Origin: an uncultured Candidatus Saccharibacteria bacterium
GTDB taxonomy: Bacteria; Patescibacteriota; Minisyncoccia; Phycocordibacterales; UBA9973
Assembly: GCA_964553015.1 (NCBI GenBank)
Contig: CAZKJE010000001.1
Span: 6,110 to 70,109 of the forward strand
Direction: 5' to 3'
Length of the DNA: 64,000 nucleotides
The notes below the pieces were generated by a model. That model ran no database searches, was not told where the DNA came from, and saw only the letters and a program-made list of their open reading frames with translations. A program made the translations under genes and the position numbers. This document shows positions 1 to 9,379 of this stretch, one piece after another (the stretch's first letter is position 1; each line of letters opens with the position of its first letter).

Positions 1-303
1 AAGCTTGTTCATATGCCGAGTAAAATCTAAAATAATTGATTCGCCTATGGCCCCGCCCGACATATCTGTCCCTGCGCACCGAGCTGTAATATAAAGACCC
101 ACACCATCATTGCCCGGGTGCACATACATGTCTTTATTTTGCGAAACCCATTTCACTAGATTTTTTACATCTTCAGAATCTCGTGGAAATAAAACCAATT
201 TAGGCCGCACTTCAAGCAAGCTCGCATCGTGTGAGTATTTTGTGAGCGTCTCTTCGCTATCCTCCACCTCTCCCCTAAAAAATTTTAGTATTTCTTCTTT
301 CAT
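1..303 (-). CDS. FAD-linked oxidoreductase (GlcD/D-lactate dehydrogenase-like), N-terminal part; runs off the window start
   Basis: Manual translation from ATG at 303: MKEEILKFFRGEVEDSEETLTKYSHDASLLEVRPKLVLFPRDSEDVK...ITARCAGTDMSGGAIGESIILDFTRHMNKL. The YSxDAS, FPxxxxDV and RxxGTxxxG motifs fit FAD_binding_4. Not in the supplied ORF track. Confidence 0.8.
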   Translation of the reverse strand, partial: MKEEILKFFRGEVEDSEETLTKYSHDASLLEVRPKLVLFPRDSEDVKNLVKWVSQNKDMYVHPGNDGVGLYITARCAGTDMSGGAIGESIILDFTRHMNKL

Positions 304-309
304 TATAAT

Positions 310-582
310 CTATTCTATAATTCTAACGAATTGTAGAATACTCTTTCCACGTTTTGTTAATTTATGACGTACCATATTTGCATCATGTCTTTTCATAACC
401 AACCCTGCAGTAGCCATCTTGTTTATGTGCGCAGAAATATTTTTAAACGCCGACTTTAGTTTATCAGAAATCTCTTGAACCGACAATTCTGGATTTTTGT
501 ATAAAAGCTCAAGTATCTGCAATCTTCTGTGATTTGCAAATCCTTTTACTATTCTTTCCAGCTGCATGTTTGTCTTTTTCAT
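310..582 (-). CDS. ArsR-family winged-helix transcriptional regulator
   Basis: ANHRRLQILELL...LSVQEIS...NISAHINKM...GLV pattern. Confidence 0.8.
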   Translation of the reverse strand: MKKTNMQLERIVKGFANHRRLQILELLYKNPELSVQEISDKLKSAFKNISAHINKMATAGLVMKRHDANMVRHKLTKRGKSILQFVRIIE

Positions 583-624
583 GTTTTTTCTATTCTATAA
601 TTCTATAGAATATTAGACTATTAA

Positions 625-942
625 TTACTCCCAAAAAATTAAAATAAGAGCTATTATCCCTAGTGCTATGCCAGCAAGCTGGAATCTATTTGTTTGCTCG
701 CCGTAAAAATAAATTCCTACCACAGAAACAAAAATTACATTTGCGAGCAAATAAACGAGAGCGCCCCGCGCAAGTCCTGATCCTGATCGTATGCTCCACA
801 GCCAAAAAATATTTCCAATGGTATACCCCAGTAACGCCAGCACCCAAAAATACCAATGACCGCTGAGTGAGTATTCCTTAGAAAAAACATCTGCTATTAA
901 CGTAAGCGTTATAAAAATTATGAGTGGGATTATCCAGAACAT
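625..942 (-). CDS. Small multidrug/DMT-type 4-TM membrane protein
   Basis: 105 aa, four hydrophobic segments, C-terminal FYGE..NRFQLAGIALG signature. Confidence 0.65.
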   Translation of the reverse strand: MFWIIPLIIFITLTLIADVFSKEYSLSGHWYFWVLALLGYTIGNIFWLWSIRSGSGLARGALVYLLANVIFVSVVGIYFYGEQTNRFQLAGIALGIIALILIFWE

Positions 943-1953
943 TTATTTTATATATTCTCCTATACTTGCTAAGCTGTTCGCTTTTGCTTTTTCTAAAAGT
1001 AGGGTCTGCGCATGTGCAACACTGCCCGGATCTTTTGCCCAACTTTGTAAAGCTTCATTCTGAATTGCACGACCATAAGAAAAAGTAAGTGGCCACGGCA
1101 GAGTACCCATTTTATGCATAGCATTCAAATTTACTGTTGCTTCTTCGTCTGTCTGCCCGCCGGAAAGGAATACTATACCGCCTATATCTCTAGGTACGTG
1201 TTCTTTCAGGCATTTTATGGTCATTTCAGCAACTTTTTCAATAGAAGCTTTATTTTTTGCATCTTTCCCAGAGAGCACCATGCTCGTTTTTAAAATCACC
1301 CCTGGAATAAAAACATTTAGATTTTTTAATTCAGAAAAAACTAAATCAAGGTTATGCGTCGTAACTTCATAACACTCCTCTATCGTATGATCGCCGTCTA
1401 TCATTATTTCCGGCTCAACTATTGGAACAATGTCTTCTGATTGGCATATCAAGGCGTATTGCGCTAAACGTTTTGCATTTTCTTTCAAAAAATCTTTGGT
1501 TGGAAGATTTTTCCCAATTCTAATCATTTCACGCCATTTAGAAAAAACAGCTCCTTGTTTTTTATAATCCTTTATTCTTAAGGGAAAATCTGTAAGTCCC
1601 TCCGTTACTTCTTCTTTAATATCGTCATTTTTCTTATTAAATAAACTATAACCAGTATAAGCAGTAACGCCAACAGAAATTCCTTTTTGAATTAAAATAT
1701 CAATAAAGGGTACGTTATCTTTGGTCTTTTGAAAGGCGGTCTCATGAACAAGAATATAACCGCTGATATATTTTTCAATCCCTTGGGTTGTAATAAGTAG
1801 CTCTCTATATTCACGGCGCTTTTCTTCTGTAAATGGCACGCCTAGCTTTTCAAAACGGCCACGGCATGTGCCTAAACTCTCATCTATCGCCAGAATTCCT
1901 TTCGGAGATTTTACCAAACGAGCTACAGTATCTATCAATATATTTTTATCCAT
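943..1953 (-). CDS. fba: Class I fructose-bisphosphate aldolase
   Basis: KGILAIDES, FSKWR, IVPIVEPE, LKTSMV, IVFLSGGQ, LTFSYGRA motifs. Confidence 0.93.
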   Translation of the reverse strand: MDKNILIDTVARLVKSPKGILAIDESLGTCRGRFEKLGVPFTEEKRREYRELLITTQGIEKYISGYILVHETAFQKTKDNVPFIDILIQKGISVGVTAYTGYSLFNKKNDDIKEEVTEGLTDFPLRIKDYKKQGAVFSKWREMIRIGKNLPTKDFLKENAKRLAQYALICQSEDIVPIVEPEIMIDGDHTIEECYEVTTHNLDLVFSELKNLNVFIPGVILKTSMVLSGKDAKNKASIEKVAEMTIKCLKEHVPRDIGGIVFLSGGQTDEEATVNLNAMHKMGTLPWPLTFSYGRAIQNEALQSWAKDPGSVAHAQTLLLEKAKANSLASIGEYIK

Positions 1954-1958
1954 GATTT

Positions 1959-3410
1959 TTATTTTAATAAACCTTTTAATATTTCTATGACCACTTTTGG
2001 ATTTGCGCTGCCACTACTTTCTTTGATTACTTTTCCGACGAGAGACATTATGGCGTTCTCTTTTCCGCCTTTATAGGAAGCTACGACATCAGGATTTTCA
2101 GAAACCACTTTTTCAGCAATGGATTTTATCGCGCCTTCGTCACTGCTTTGAAGCAGATTTTTATCAATGGCAATTTTCATCGGCGATTCATCGTGATTTG
2201 CTATCGCCACTAAAATATCTTTTGCAGCGCGAGAGCTTATGAGAGACTCCGCAATCATAGACGAAAGTTCAGCCATATTTTTTGCGCTTGGGGTTTTAAT
2301 TTCCGGATTGCTTTTTTTTATACCAATAAAATCTGTTGTAATATAATTAGACGCAATTTTTATCTTTCCTTGCCCGCCGGCAGGCAGATCTTTATTTTCA
2401 AGGATTCTGGCAATAGCTTCAAACCAAGCCCCCAGTAATAATGGATCATTTATATAAACTTCTATATCTTCTTCCTTGATTCCAAAATCGTTTTGATAAC
2501 GCGCTCGCTTTTGTGCCGGCAATTCCGGCAATTCTTTTTTAATTTTTTCAATATCAAAAGCTTCGTGAAGCTTCATTTTCGGCAGATCCGGATCCGGAAA
2601 ATATCTATAATCAGCGCTGCCTTCTTTTTTTCTCTGAGAAAATGTCGTCTGCTTGTTTTCATCCCAGCCTCGCGTTTCTTGTACTATCTCTTCTCCTTTA
2701 TCAGTTTCCATAAGCCTCGTCATCCTGTCTACTTCGTGTTTTATAGCTCGCTCAACACTTCTGAAAGAATTTAAATTTTTCACCTCCACTTTTGTACCAA
2801 GGACTTTTTTGTCAGCTGAAATAGAAATGTTCGCTTCAACACGCATTTCTCCTTTTTCCATATTGGCTTCAGATACATTCAAATACCAAAGAATAAGCTG
2901 GAGCTCTTTTGCAAACTTCGTAGCGACTTTTCCTGCTTCTTCCGCGGTTTCAAAAGTATGCGGTTCGGTCACGAGCTCCATGAGCGGCACTCCGGCGCGG
3001 TTGAAATCTATGAGTGAAAAGTCTCCTCTATCGTGTTTATTGTTTGCGGTGTCTTCTTCTAAGTGTATGCGAGTAACGTCCATATCTGCCAATCGCCCGC
3101 CCTTAACTATAGGGTATTTATATTGCGAGATCTGATAGCCTTTTGGAATATCAGGATAAAAATAATTTTTGCGGTCAAATTCTGAAAAGTCTGCAATTTC
3201 GCCGTTTATTGCTAAGCCGACTTTGATCACGTTTTCTATGGCCTTTTTGTTTGGCACCGGCAAAGCTCCCGGATGTGCCATGCAGACGGGACAAATATTT
3301 ACATTTGGTTTTTCCTCGTCCGGATCGTTCTTGCACGAGCAAAACATCTTTGTCTGCGTCTTCAGTTCCGCATGTATTTCGAGCCCTATGGTTGGATAAT
3401 ATTTAGTCAT
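1959..3410 (-). CDS. gatB: Asp/Glu-tRNA amidotransferase subunit B
   Basis: IGLEIHAEL, FDRKNYFYPD, RIHLEED, NRAGVPLMELVTEP, YRYFPDPDL. Confidence 0.97.
   Translation of the reverse strand: MTKYYPTIGLEIHAELKTQTKMFCSCKNDPDEEKPNVNICPVCMAHPGALPVPNKKAIENVIKVGLAINGEIADFSEFDRKNYFYPDIPKGYQISQYKYPIVKGGRLADMDVTRIHLEEDTANNKHDRGDFSLIDFNRAGVPLMELVTEPHTFETAEEAGKVATKFAKELQLILWYLNVSEANMEKGEMRVEANISISADKKVLGTKVEVKNLNSFRSVERAIKHEVDRMTRLMETDKGEEIVQETRGWDENKQTTFSQRKKEGSADYRYFPDPDLPKMKLHEAFDIEKIKKELPELPAQKRARYQNDFGIKEEDIEVYINDPLLLGAWFEAIARILENKDLPAGGQGKIKIASNYITTDFIGIKKSNPEIKTPSAKNMAELSSMIAESLISSRAAKDILVAIANHDESPMKIAIDKNLLQSSDEGAIKSIAEKVVSENPDVVASYKGGKENAIMSLVGKVIKESSGSANPKVVIEILKGLLK
2369..2388. repeat. Intragenic palindrome, family A (consensus CCTGCCTGCCGGCAGGCAGG), in gatB
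   Basis: CTTGCCCGCCGGCAGGCAGA; encodes LPAGGQG; related copies at 29952-29971 and 39732-39752. Confidence 0.75.
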
Positions 3411-4414
3411 TATTTTTTTCGTAAAATTTTCGTCAGTTCGTCATTAAACTTCTTTACCATTTTATCATCATATAGCGAAAGTACAAAAACTTTTTTTGAT
3501 ATTTTTTTGAATTCTGCCAATTTTTTATCTATTGTTTTCTGATCTGTTGTATCGCTTTTGGTGAGAATTATAATCTCTTCTTTTTCATCTAAACCGTTTC
3601 CGTATTTTTTTAGCTCTTTACGAATTTCTTTATAGCTTGCAAGCATTTTAGGATTTCCTGCCCCGTTGGAAGCACTCTTTCCTTCGGGGTCAAAAGACAC
3701 GAGATGCGCCAGCATTTTCGTGCGCTTGATATGACGCAAAAATTTCACCCCGAGACCTTTCCCTTCGGATGCTCCTTCTATGATTCCCGGAATGTCGGCA
3801 ATAATATATCCATAAAAATCTCCGAGGTTTGGATCGAGAGTCGTAAAAGCATAATCCCCCACTTTCGCATCAGCATTTGTAAGCGTATTCAAAAGCGAGC
3901 TCTTGCCGGCGTTCGGCAAACCGATAAGGCCAATATCTGCAAAAAGCTCCAGCTCTATTTTAAAAATTCCTTTCTCGCCCTCTTGTCCCTCGCGAGATTC
4001 CTTGGGCGTAGTATTGGTAGAACTTTTAAAATGCTCATTGCCGAAACCTCCGTACCCGCCTTTTAAAATTAAAAATTTCTCTCCTTCCTTTGAGAGCTGC
4101 CAAGTTTCATCCGTGCCAAGATTTGTAATGACAGACCCTATAGGCAAATCTAAAACAAAATCTTCGCCATTTTTGCCATGCAAGCTTTTATTTCCGCCGT
4201 CTTCTCCCCGTCCCGCCAAAAATTCTTTTTTAGCTTTGTATTTTGAGAGAATATGAATATCCCGCACAGCTTTTACAAAGAAATCTCCCCCTCGCCCGCC
4301 GTCTCCGCCCGAAGGTCCGCCTTTTGGCACGAACTTTTCCTGTCTCCAGCGCACAACGCCATTCCCGCCCCTGCCGGCAGCGGCTTCTATTTTCATTTCA
4401 TCTATAAAAGGCAT
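3410..4414 (-). CDS. obg: GTPase Obg/CgtA
   Basis: Start re-called at MPFIDE (4414); Gly-rich N-terminus GGPSGGDGGRGG, GLPNAGKS, DIPG, TKSD. Confidence 0.96.
   Translation of the reverse strand: MPFIDEMKIEAAAGRGGNGVVRWRQEKFVPKGGPSGGDGGRGGDFFVKAVRDIHILSKYKAKKEFLAGRGEDGGNKSLHGKNGEDFVLDLPIGSVITNLGTDETWQLSKEGEKFLILKGGYGGFGNEHFKSSTNTTPKESREGQEGEKGIFKIELELFADIGLIGLPNAGKSSLLNTLTNADAKVGDYAFTTLDPNLGDFYGYIIADIPGIIEGASEGKGLGVKFLRHIKRTKMLAHLVSFDPEGKSASNGAGNPKMLASYKEIRKELKKYGNGLDEKEEIIILTKSDTTDQKTIDKKLAEFKKISKKVFVLSLYDDKMVKKFNDELTKILRKK
3657..3693. repeat. Intragenic imperfect palindrome (CCCCG...CGGGG family) in obg
   Basis: CCTGCCCCGTTGGAAGCACTCTTTCCTTCGGGGTCAA; encodes DPEGKSASNGAG. Confidence 0.6.
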
Positions 4415-4416
4415 CC

Positions 4417-5346
4417 CTATGATTCTACCGCAATTTGCGCCAATTTGACAGCGCCTTCTTTTGATTTCGCTCCTGCGAGGAAAAGCGCGCGGTGACAAAA
4501 AAGCGCATCTCCTACGCCTGAAACATTTACAAATTCTTCGTCGGAAAGTCCTGCCCAAAGTTTCGGCAAATTTTTTCTATTTTTAAAAGTTTTTATATCT
4601 GCCCTTATAGCTTTTACGCCCCAGCCGCCGGTCTTCCTGGGATACACTACAAAAAGAGGCTCGGGAAAATTCGAAACTATATATTCAAAAGGATAATTTT
4701 TATCTAAAACAACAATTCGCTTGTCTCCAGAGCTGTTATAAGAAGAAATCACGTCTTCTTCTGCTTCCAGCATATCCCGCGCCTGTACGATTTCCCGCGT
4801 CAAAATAATTTTGGCCATCTGTACGCATTCTAAAAATACCTCGTCGAGCTTGGTACTGTCTTCCTTCCATGTAGGCATCATAGAAAAGAAAATATTCTGG
4901 ATATAATATGGCGCCACGTCATATTTGTTTTCTGTCAGGTCAAATCCGTTATCGGCTGCATCGATAGGAGCGCACAGCCGTTTTTCAATTATTTCTGCCG
5001 CTCGTTTAGACCCTGCGATCTTTTCTCCGAATTTTTTCCACACCAGTCCCAAAGAAGAATATTCTATATTTCGGAGACTCTTGCCCGCCCCGCCGATTTG
5101 GTGATGATCAAAAAGATTCTTGCTCTCGTCATATATTCCGCCGACGTCGTATACATAATCCCCGGTTTTTATGACTTTCGGATCCCGGCTTCTTATTATT
5201 TCAAAAGCTGTATTTTCTTTTTCCAGCATCATGGAAAGTGCAGCCGTCGCAAAAATATCGTCAGCATGGAAAGCTCCGTCGTGCGTTATCAGCTTCTTTT
5301 TTAAATTTTCGTGCATGTTATGGTCTGTCATTATAATATTCTTCAA
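4417..5346 (-). CDS. MYG1-family (DHH-like) exonuclease/hydrolase
   Basis: THDGAFHADD, DVGG, FDHHQ, IDAADNG, FCH motifs; true start may be 5331 or 5316. Confidence 0.9.
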   Translation of the reverse strand: MKNIIMTDHNMHENLKKKLITHDGAFHADDIFATAALSMMLEKENTAFEIIRSRDPKVIKTGDYVYDVGGIYDESKNLFDHHQIGGAGKSLRNIEYSSLGLVWKKFGEKIAGSKRAAEIIEKRLCAPIDAADNGFDLTENKYDVAPYYIQNIFFSMMPTWKEDSTKLDEVFLECVQMAKIILTREIVQARDMLEAEEDVISSYNSSGDKRIVVLDKNYPFEYIVSNFPEPLFVVYPRKTGGWGVKAIRADIKTFKNRKNLPKLWAGLSDEEFVNVSGVGDALFCHRALFLAGAKSKEGAVKLAQIAVES

Positions 5347-5923
5347 ATAATTCGTATATCCAGCTTACCAGTTTATCAAACAATATAAACATTATCACGA
5401 GCACAAGAACTACCATTGAAAATCTCCAGATTTCTCCGCTCACCTGCAAGGCAGTATAGCTGAAAATATACCCTAAAGAAAGGAGAAAAGGAGCCCAGAG
5501 TACAGTAGCCAATACTTCGGCTTTTAAATATTTTTTGTAATTTATTTTTTCGAAGCCAGAAAATATGATGACGACATTGTTCGCTCCTATGATAAATTTT
5601 GAAATAAAAATGGACCAGAACGGTTTTGTTTTAAATTTCGGTAGAAGCAGATACACACGCTTTTGAATGTAGCGAAAAAATCTGTGATGATTGAATTTTT
5701 TAAACAGAAACTGCCCGAGAGCATATCCGAAAAAAGTTTTAGCAAAAGCGCCGAGCAGGATGAATATGATAGCGACAAATACATTGAGCGCGCCCAAGTG
5801 CGCCAGAACTCCGGTAAATATTATCACAAACTCGCCCTCAAATATAATTCCGAGGAGAATTATAGCGTATATGAGAACCTGATGATTCTCCACTATGCCA
5901 GACAGAATTTTTACAGTGTGCAT
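5318..5923 (-). CDS. DedA/SNARE-associated membrane protein
   Basis: Hydrophobic; FEGE...G..A..G, GYALG, FISKFI.G pattern. Confidence 0.8.
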   Translation of the reverse strand: MHTVKILSGIVENHQVLIYAIILLGIIFEGEFVIIFTGVLAHLGALNVFVAIIFILLGAFAKTFFGYALGQFLFKKFNHHRFFRYIQKRVYLLLPKFKTKPFWSIFISKFIIGANNVVIIFSGFEKINYKKYLKAEVLATVLWAPFLLSLGYIFSYTALQVSGEIWRFSMVVLVLVIMFILFDKLVSWIYELFEEYYNDRP

Positions 5924-5924
5924 T

Positions 5925-6209
5925 TTACTCTATGTAAGATTCCATGATCTTAATTTCAGCTTCTTCTTTATCTACCAAATCCTGACGATTTCCTTGTTTA
6001 AATAATTCTACAGCTTTTTTGCCTTTTTTCACCATACGCCTGATGACCGTGAGCGCCTCTTCATCTGTAAGTATTTCATTGGGCTTTCTGTTTTTACTTA
6101 CAAGCTCATTTGTAAAAGCTGCAGACATGCCTCTGTATGTTTCCAAGCTTATGCTGTCTTTGGCCATCATGGCCCCTTTTATTTTATTTTTTATTTGCTC
6201 ATGCAGCAT
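5925..6209 (-). CDS. GatB/YqeY domain protein (short)
   Basis: IKGAMMAKD...LTDEEAL.VI....K......F..GNRQDL..KE.AE. Confidence 0.85.
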   Translation of the reverse strand: MLHEQIKNKIKGAMMAKDSISLETYRGMSAAFTNELVSKNRKPNEILTDEEALTVIRRMVKKGKKAVELFKQGNRQDLVDKEEAEIKIMESYIE

Positions 6210-6247
6210 ATAAATAAATTATAACAGAAATGTGCTAAAATAGCACT

Positions 6248-6964
6248 ATGCCTAAACTAATATTTTTTGATACAGAGACCACCGGAAATACCGAAAAAGA
6301 TTTTCTCGTTCAGATCGCTTTTAAAACTAGCGATGATACTTTTACTGAACTTTATAAACCACAAACAAAAATTCCGCCCGAGGCTTCGGCGGTTCATCAT
6401 ATCACAAATAAAATGGTAGCTGATAAACCGACTTTTAAAGAAAGTACCGATCAGCCGATCATTAAAAAACTTTTTGAAGACAAAGATTCTGTCGTCGTCG
6501 CTCACAACGCGCCTTTTGACCTAATGATCATAGCCAAAGAAGATATCGTGCCGAAAAAATTCATCTGCACCCTGCGCATCGCCAGAGAACTGGATAAAGA
6601 AGGAAAAATTGAACGATATAACTTGCAATATCTGCGATACTTGCTTGACCTTGATGTGGAAGCGACGGCCCATGATGCTATGGGAGATGTTTTAGTGCTC
6701 GAAAAACTTTTTGACAGGCTAAAAAAGAAAATTATAGAAGAACAAAAAATATCAGAAGAAGAAGCGATACAAAAAATGATAGAAATCTCTTCGCACCCGT
6801 CTATGATGCGCTCTTTTAGTTTTGGCAAGCACAACGGCAAAAAAATTGAAGAAGTACTAGCGACTGATCGCGGATACTTGGAATGGTTACTCGCTCAAAA
6901 GCTCGAAAGCGACCAAATTGAAGACGATTGGATCTACACTCTCCAGCATCATTTAGGAAAATAA
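6248..6964 (+). CDS. DnaQ/ExoX-like 3'-5' exonuclease with C-terminal FGKHxGK module
   Basis: FFDTETTG, VAHNAPFD, AHDAMGDV (DEDDh motifs); FGKHNGK...DRGYLEWL. Confidence 0.88.
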   Translation: MPKLIFFDTETTGNTEKDFLVQIAFKTSDDTFTELYKPQTKIPPEASAVHHITNKMVADKPTFKESTDQPIIKKLFEDKDSVVVAHNAPFDLMIIAKEDIVPKKFICTLRIARELDKEGKIERYNLQYLRYLLDLDVEATAHDAMGDVLVLEKLFDRLKKKIIEEQKISEEEAIQKMIEISSHPSMMRSFSFGKHNGKKIEEVLATDRGYLEWLLAQKLESDQIEDDWIYTLQHHLGK

Positions 6965-7044
6965 GTTTTTCTTGACAAAACGTTTTTTATGTGCACAATA
7001 GTATGTGAAATAAGTTCACTAAACGAGAGGGAGATATTCCGCGA

Positions 7045-7272
7045 ATGCAAATGCATTATGAGGATGTAGTGCTGGAAAGAGGAGATCATGCGATAATGCT
7101 GGAATCGAGAGGAATCCTTGAGGTCATCGTCGTTTTTAAGACGAAGGGACCCGTAGGGTTACTTGGGGTTCCTCAGAACTACAAGGAAGTGTGCAGCCAC
7201 TTCCTCACACAGGCTGCTAAACGCAGTCTTCCGGCCAAGCAGGTCAACTCGATGGTAATTCTCATCGAATAA
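7045..7272 (+). CDS. Orphan hypothetical protein
   Basis: 75-aa ORF preceded by TTGACA-16-CACAAT and GAGGAG SD; followed by hairpin plus T-run. Confidence 0.6.
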   Translation: MQMHYEDVVLERGDHAIMLESRGILEVIVVFKTKGPVGLLGVPQNYKEVCSHFLTQAAKRSLPAKQVNSMVILIE

Positions 7273-7287
7273 CTTAAACCGCATTCC

Positions 7288-7328
7288 CCACCGCCGGAGC
7301 CATCGCGCCCGCGCGGTGGTTTCTTTTT
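7288..7328 (+). terminator. Probable intrinsic terminator
   Basis: CCACCGC...GCGGTGG followed by TTTCTTTTT. Confidence 0.6.
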
Positions 7329-7350
7329 GTATGCATGCTAAAATATAAAT

Positions 7351-8406
7351 ATGCAAAATAGTTTTGAAATAATAATTGGATTAGTAATCGGCGGTATTTT
7401 TGTTTATTTTATTTTCGGCAGAAAGAAAGAAGAGAAGAAAGACGATCTAGGTCTGCAGTTAATTCTCACTCAATTAAACGAACTCTCGCGCACGGTAGAT
7501 AACAAAATCGGCGAATCACACAAACAAGTCAATGAAAGTCTTAAATTTCATTCCAGCGAATCAAATAAAATCATCAGGGACGTCACTGAACGCCTCACCA
7601 GATTGGACGAAACGAATAAACAAGTTATCTCTTTTGCCGATCAATTGCAAAGCTTGGAAAATATTTTAAAGAATCCCAAACAGCGCGGAATACTGGGAGA
7701 ATATTATTTGGAAACACTTCTAAAAAATGTTATGCCACCAGGAAGTTTTGAAATGCAATACAAGCTAGGAAAAAATGAAAATGGTGATGAATTAATACCA
7801 GATGCAGTAATATTTGTAAAGGATAAAATAATTCCAATAGATTCTAAATTCTCATTGGAAAATTATAATCGTATAGTGGATGAGCGAAATCCCGTAGAAA
7901 AAGAAAAATTGGAAAAAACTTTTGAAAACGACTTAAAAGACAGGATTGTTGAAACTTCAAAATATATACACCCAGAATTAGGCACCATGGAATTCGCCTT
8001 TATGTTCATTCCCCATGAAGCAATTTATTATGATTTACTAATAGGAAGAGTCGGTAAGGGTGAAGACGAAAATTTAATTCAACGTGCAGCAAATAAATAC
8101 AAAGTCATTATAGTGTCGCCTACCTCATTTCTTGCCTATCTACAAACAGTATTACAGGGATTAAATGCACTTAAAATTGAAAAAGATGCAGTTGAAATAA
8201 GGAAAAGAGTTGGAGAACTTGGCACACATTTAAAATCTTATGAAAAATATTATAACAGTCTTGGAAATGCTTTAGGAACTGTATTTAATCAATACTCTTT
8301 ATCTGGTAAAGAACTAAAAAAAATAGACAAAGATATTTTACGTATAACTAATTCTTCCCCTGAACTTACGTTGCTTGAGGTAGAAAAACCAAAATTTGAA
8401 GAGTAA
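7351..8406 (+). CDS. rmuC: DNA recombination protein RmuC
   Basis: N-terminal TM, coiled coil, KNPKQRGILGE, IPIDSKF, FAFMFIPHEAIY, VSPTS. Confidence 0.92.
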   Translation: MQNSFEIIIGLVIGGIFVYFIFGRKKEEKKDDLGLQLILTQLNELSRTVDNKIGESHKQVNESLKFHSSESNKIIRDVTERLTRLDETNKQVISFADQLQSLENILKNPKQRGILGEYYLETLLKNVMPPGSFEMQYKLGKNENGDELIPDAVIFVKDKIIPIDSKFSLENYNRIVDERNPVEKEKLEKTFENDLKDRIVETSKYIHPELGTMEFAFMFIPHEAIYYDLLIGRVGKGEDENLIQRAANKYKVIIVSPTSFLAYLQTVLQGLNALKIEKDAVEIRKRVGELGTHLKSYEKYYNSLGNALGTVFNQYSLSGKELKKIDKDILRITNSSPELTLLEVEKPKFEE

Positions 8407-8424
8407 AGCTCTCTAAACGTACAA

Positions 8425-8466
8425 AGGGGGAGCGCCAATCAGCCGAAGCTTCAAGACACTCCCCCT
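8425..8466 (-). terminator. Hairpin between convergent rmuC and the 8489 ORF
   Basis: AGGGGGAGCG...CACTCCCCCT inverted repeat. Confidence 0.5.
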
Positions 8467-8488
8467 CTTACGATAACTAACCGACGCT

Positions 8489-8854
8489 TCATGGGCCGTT
8501 CGTACCCCGATTCATCAGGTCGAAGATTGCCTGAGGAACACGTGGAGCAAGATCCCATACATCCCACGGGCAAAGTGGTTTACCCGCCAAGTGTACTTTT
8601 TCTTTGTACTCTTGGTAGGTAATTTCGACTCGTTGCCCCTCTATTTCTTTAAAAGAGGGGTTGTCGAAAAACTTGTACAGCACCACTTCTCCGTTCATAC
8701 CCACAACCAAGATCCGGTATCGGATCATTTCACCTGTCCGCTCGTCCCTGTAACAGAGACAAGCTTTTTTGGGAGAGTTTTCCGACGGCTCGGAAGGCAC
8801 GACAGTCGCACAACCGGACAACAACATCCAAAAAAGAACGATCCAGTATTTCAT
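8489..8854 (-). CDS. Orphan putative lipoprotein
   Basis: MKYWIVLFWMLLSGC lipobox-like signal; purine-rich ribosome-binding region upstream. Confidence 0.6.
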   Translation of the reverse strand: MKYWIVLFWMLLSGCATVVPSEPSENSPKKACLCYRDERTGEMIRYRILVVGMNGEVVLYKFFDNPSFKEIEGQRVEITYQEYKEKVHLAGKPLCPWDVWDLAPRVPQAIFDLMNRGTNGP

Positions 8855-8894
8855 TTCCCTGTTCCCTTTCTTTCGACTACTGTTGATGGTTGTG

Positions 8895-9248
8895 TCAGAT
8901 GCCTGGTTGTTCCACGTAAACCTGAACTTCTTTTTCCTCCTCTCTCCTTCTTAAGGACTTACGTCGTGGTTTCTTAGGAGTCCACTGCTTCTCGATCAGA
9001 TCGGCAACCTCTTTTGCTGTCCTGTTTTCGAAAAGAATTCTCCAAGATTCACGCCGTTTGTCGGTCTCAAGACCTATTACTGAAATGAGATGAAGAACTT
9101 CTGCTGGCAACAGGTTTGAAAAAAGATTGTGCCATGCCGAATGTACTTCATGCGTCAGCATGACAAGGTTCCACTTTTCGTTAGAACCTCCGCGACTCCG
9201 AGGAATTAAGTGGTGTTCGGAAAGACTGTAATTAATTACCAGACTCAA
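8895..9248 (-). CDS. Small HNH endonuclease-like protein
   Basis: HHLIPRSRGGSNEKWNLVMLTHEVHSAWH HNH motif; TTG start after AAGGAGG SD. Confidence 0.75.
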   Translation of the reverse strand: MSLVINYSLSEHHLIPRSRGGSNEKWNLVMLTHEVHSAWHNLFSNLLPAEVLHLISVIGLETDKRRESWRILFENRTAKEVADLIEKQWTPKKPRRKSLRRREEEKEVQVYVEQPGI

Positions 9249-9379
9249 CTTTTACCCCCCTCCTTTATCGGTTAGTTGTCAAAGTAACTGCGTTAGAATG
9301 CAGACCTACATCCGCCTCTAACAGGTCTGCTATTATTATAACATTTTATAAATATCCTGTCTAGTAAAATTCTATATCC

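Noticed and set aside
98-123. Possible decayed palindrome (CACC...GGTG, VHPGNDGVG) in the FAD oxidoreductase
   Set aside because: Only about 4 bp pair and there is no second copy in the window; too weak without an alignment.
4370-4383. CCTGCCGGCAGCGG in obg resembling family A
   Set aside because: Encodes the conserved Gly-rich AGRGGNG motif with no length change; likely coincidence.
4415-4558. N-terminal extension of the obg ORF in the track
   Set aside because: Overlaps the MYG1 gene; the conserved Obg start is MPFIDE at 4414.
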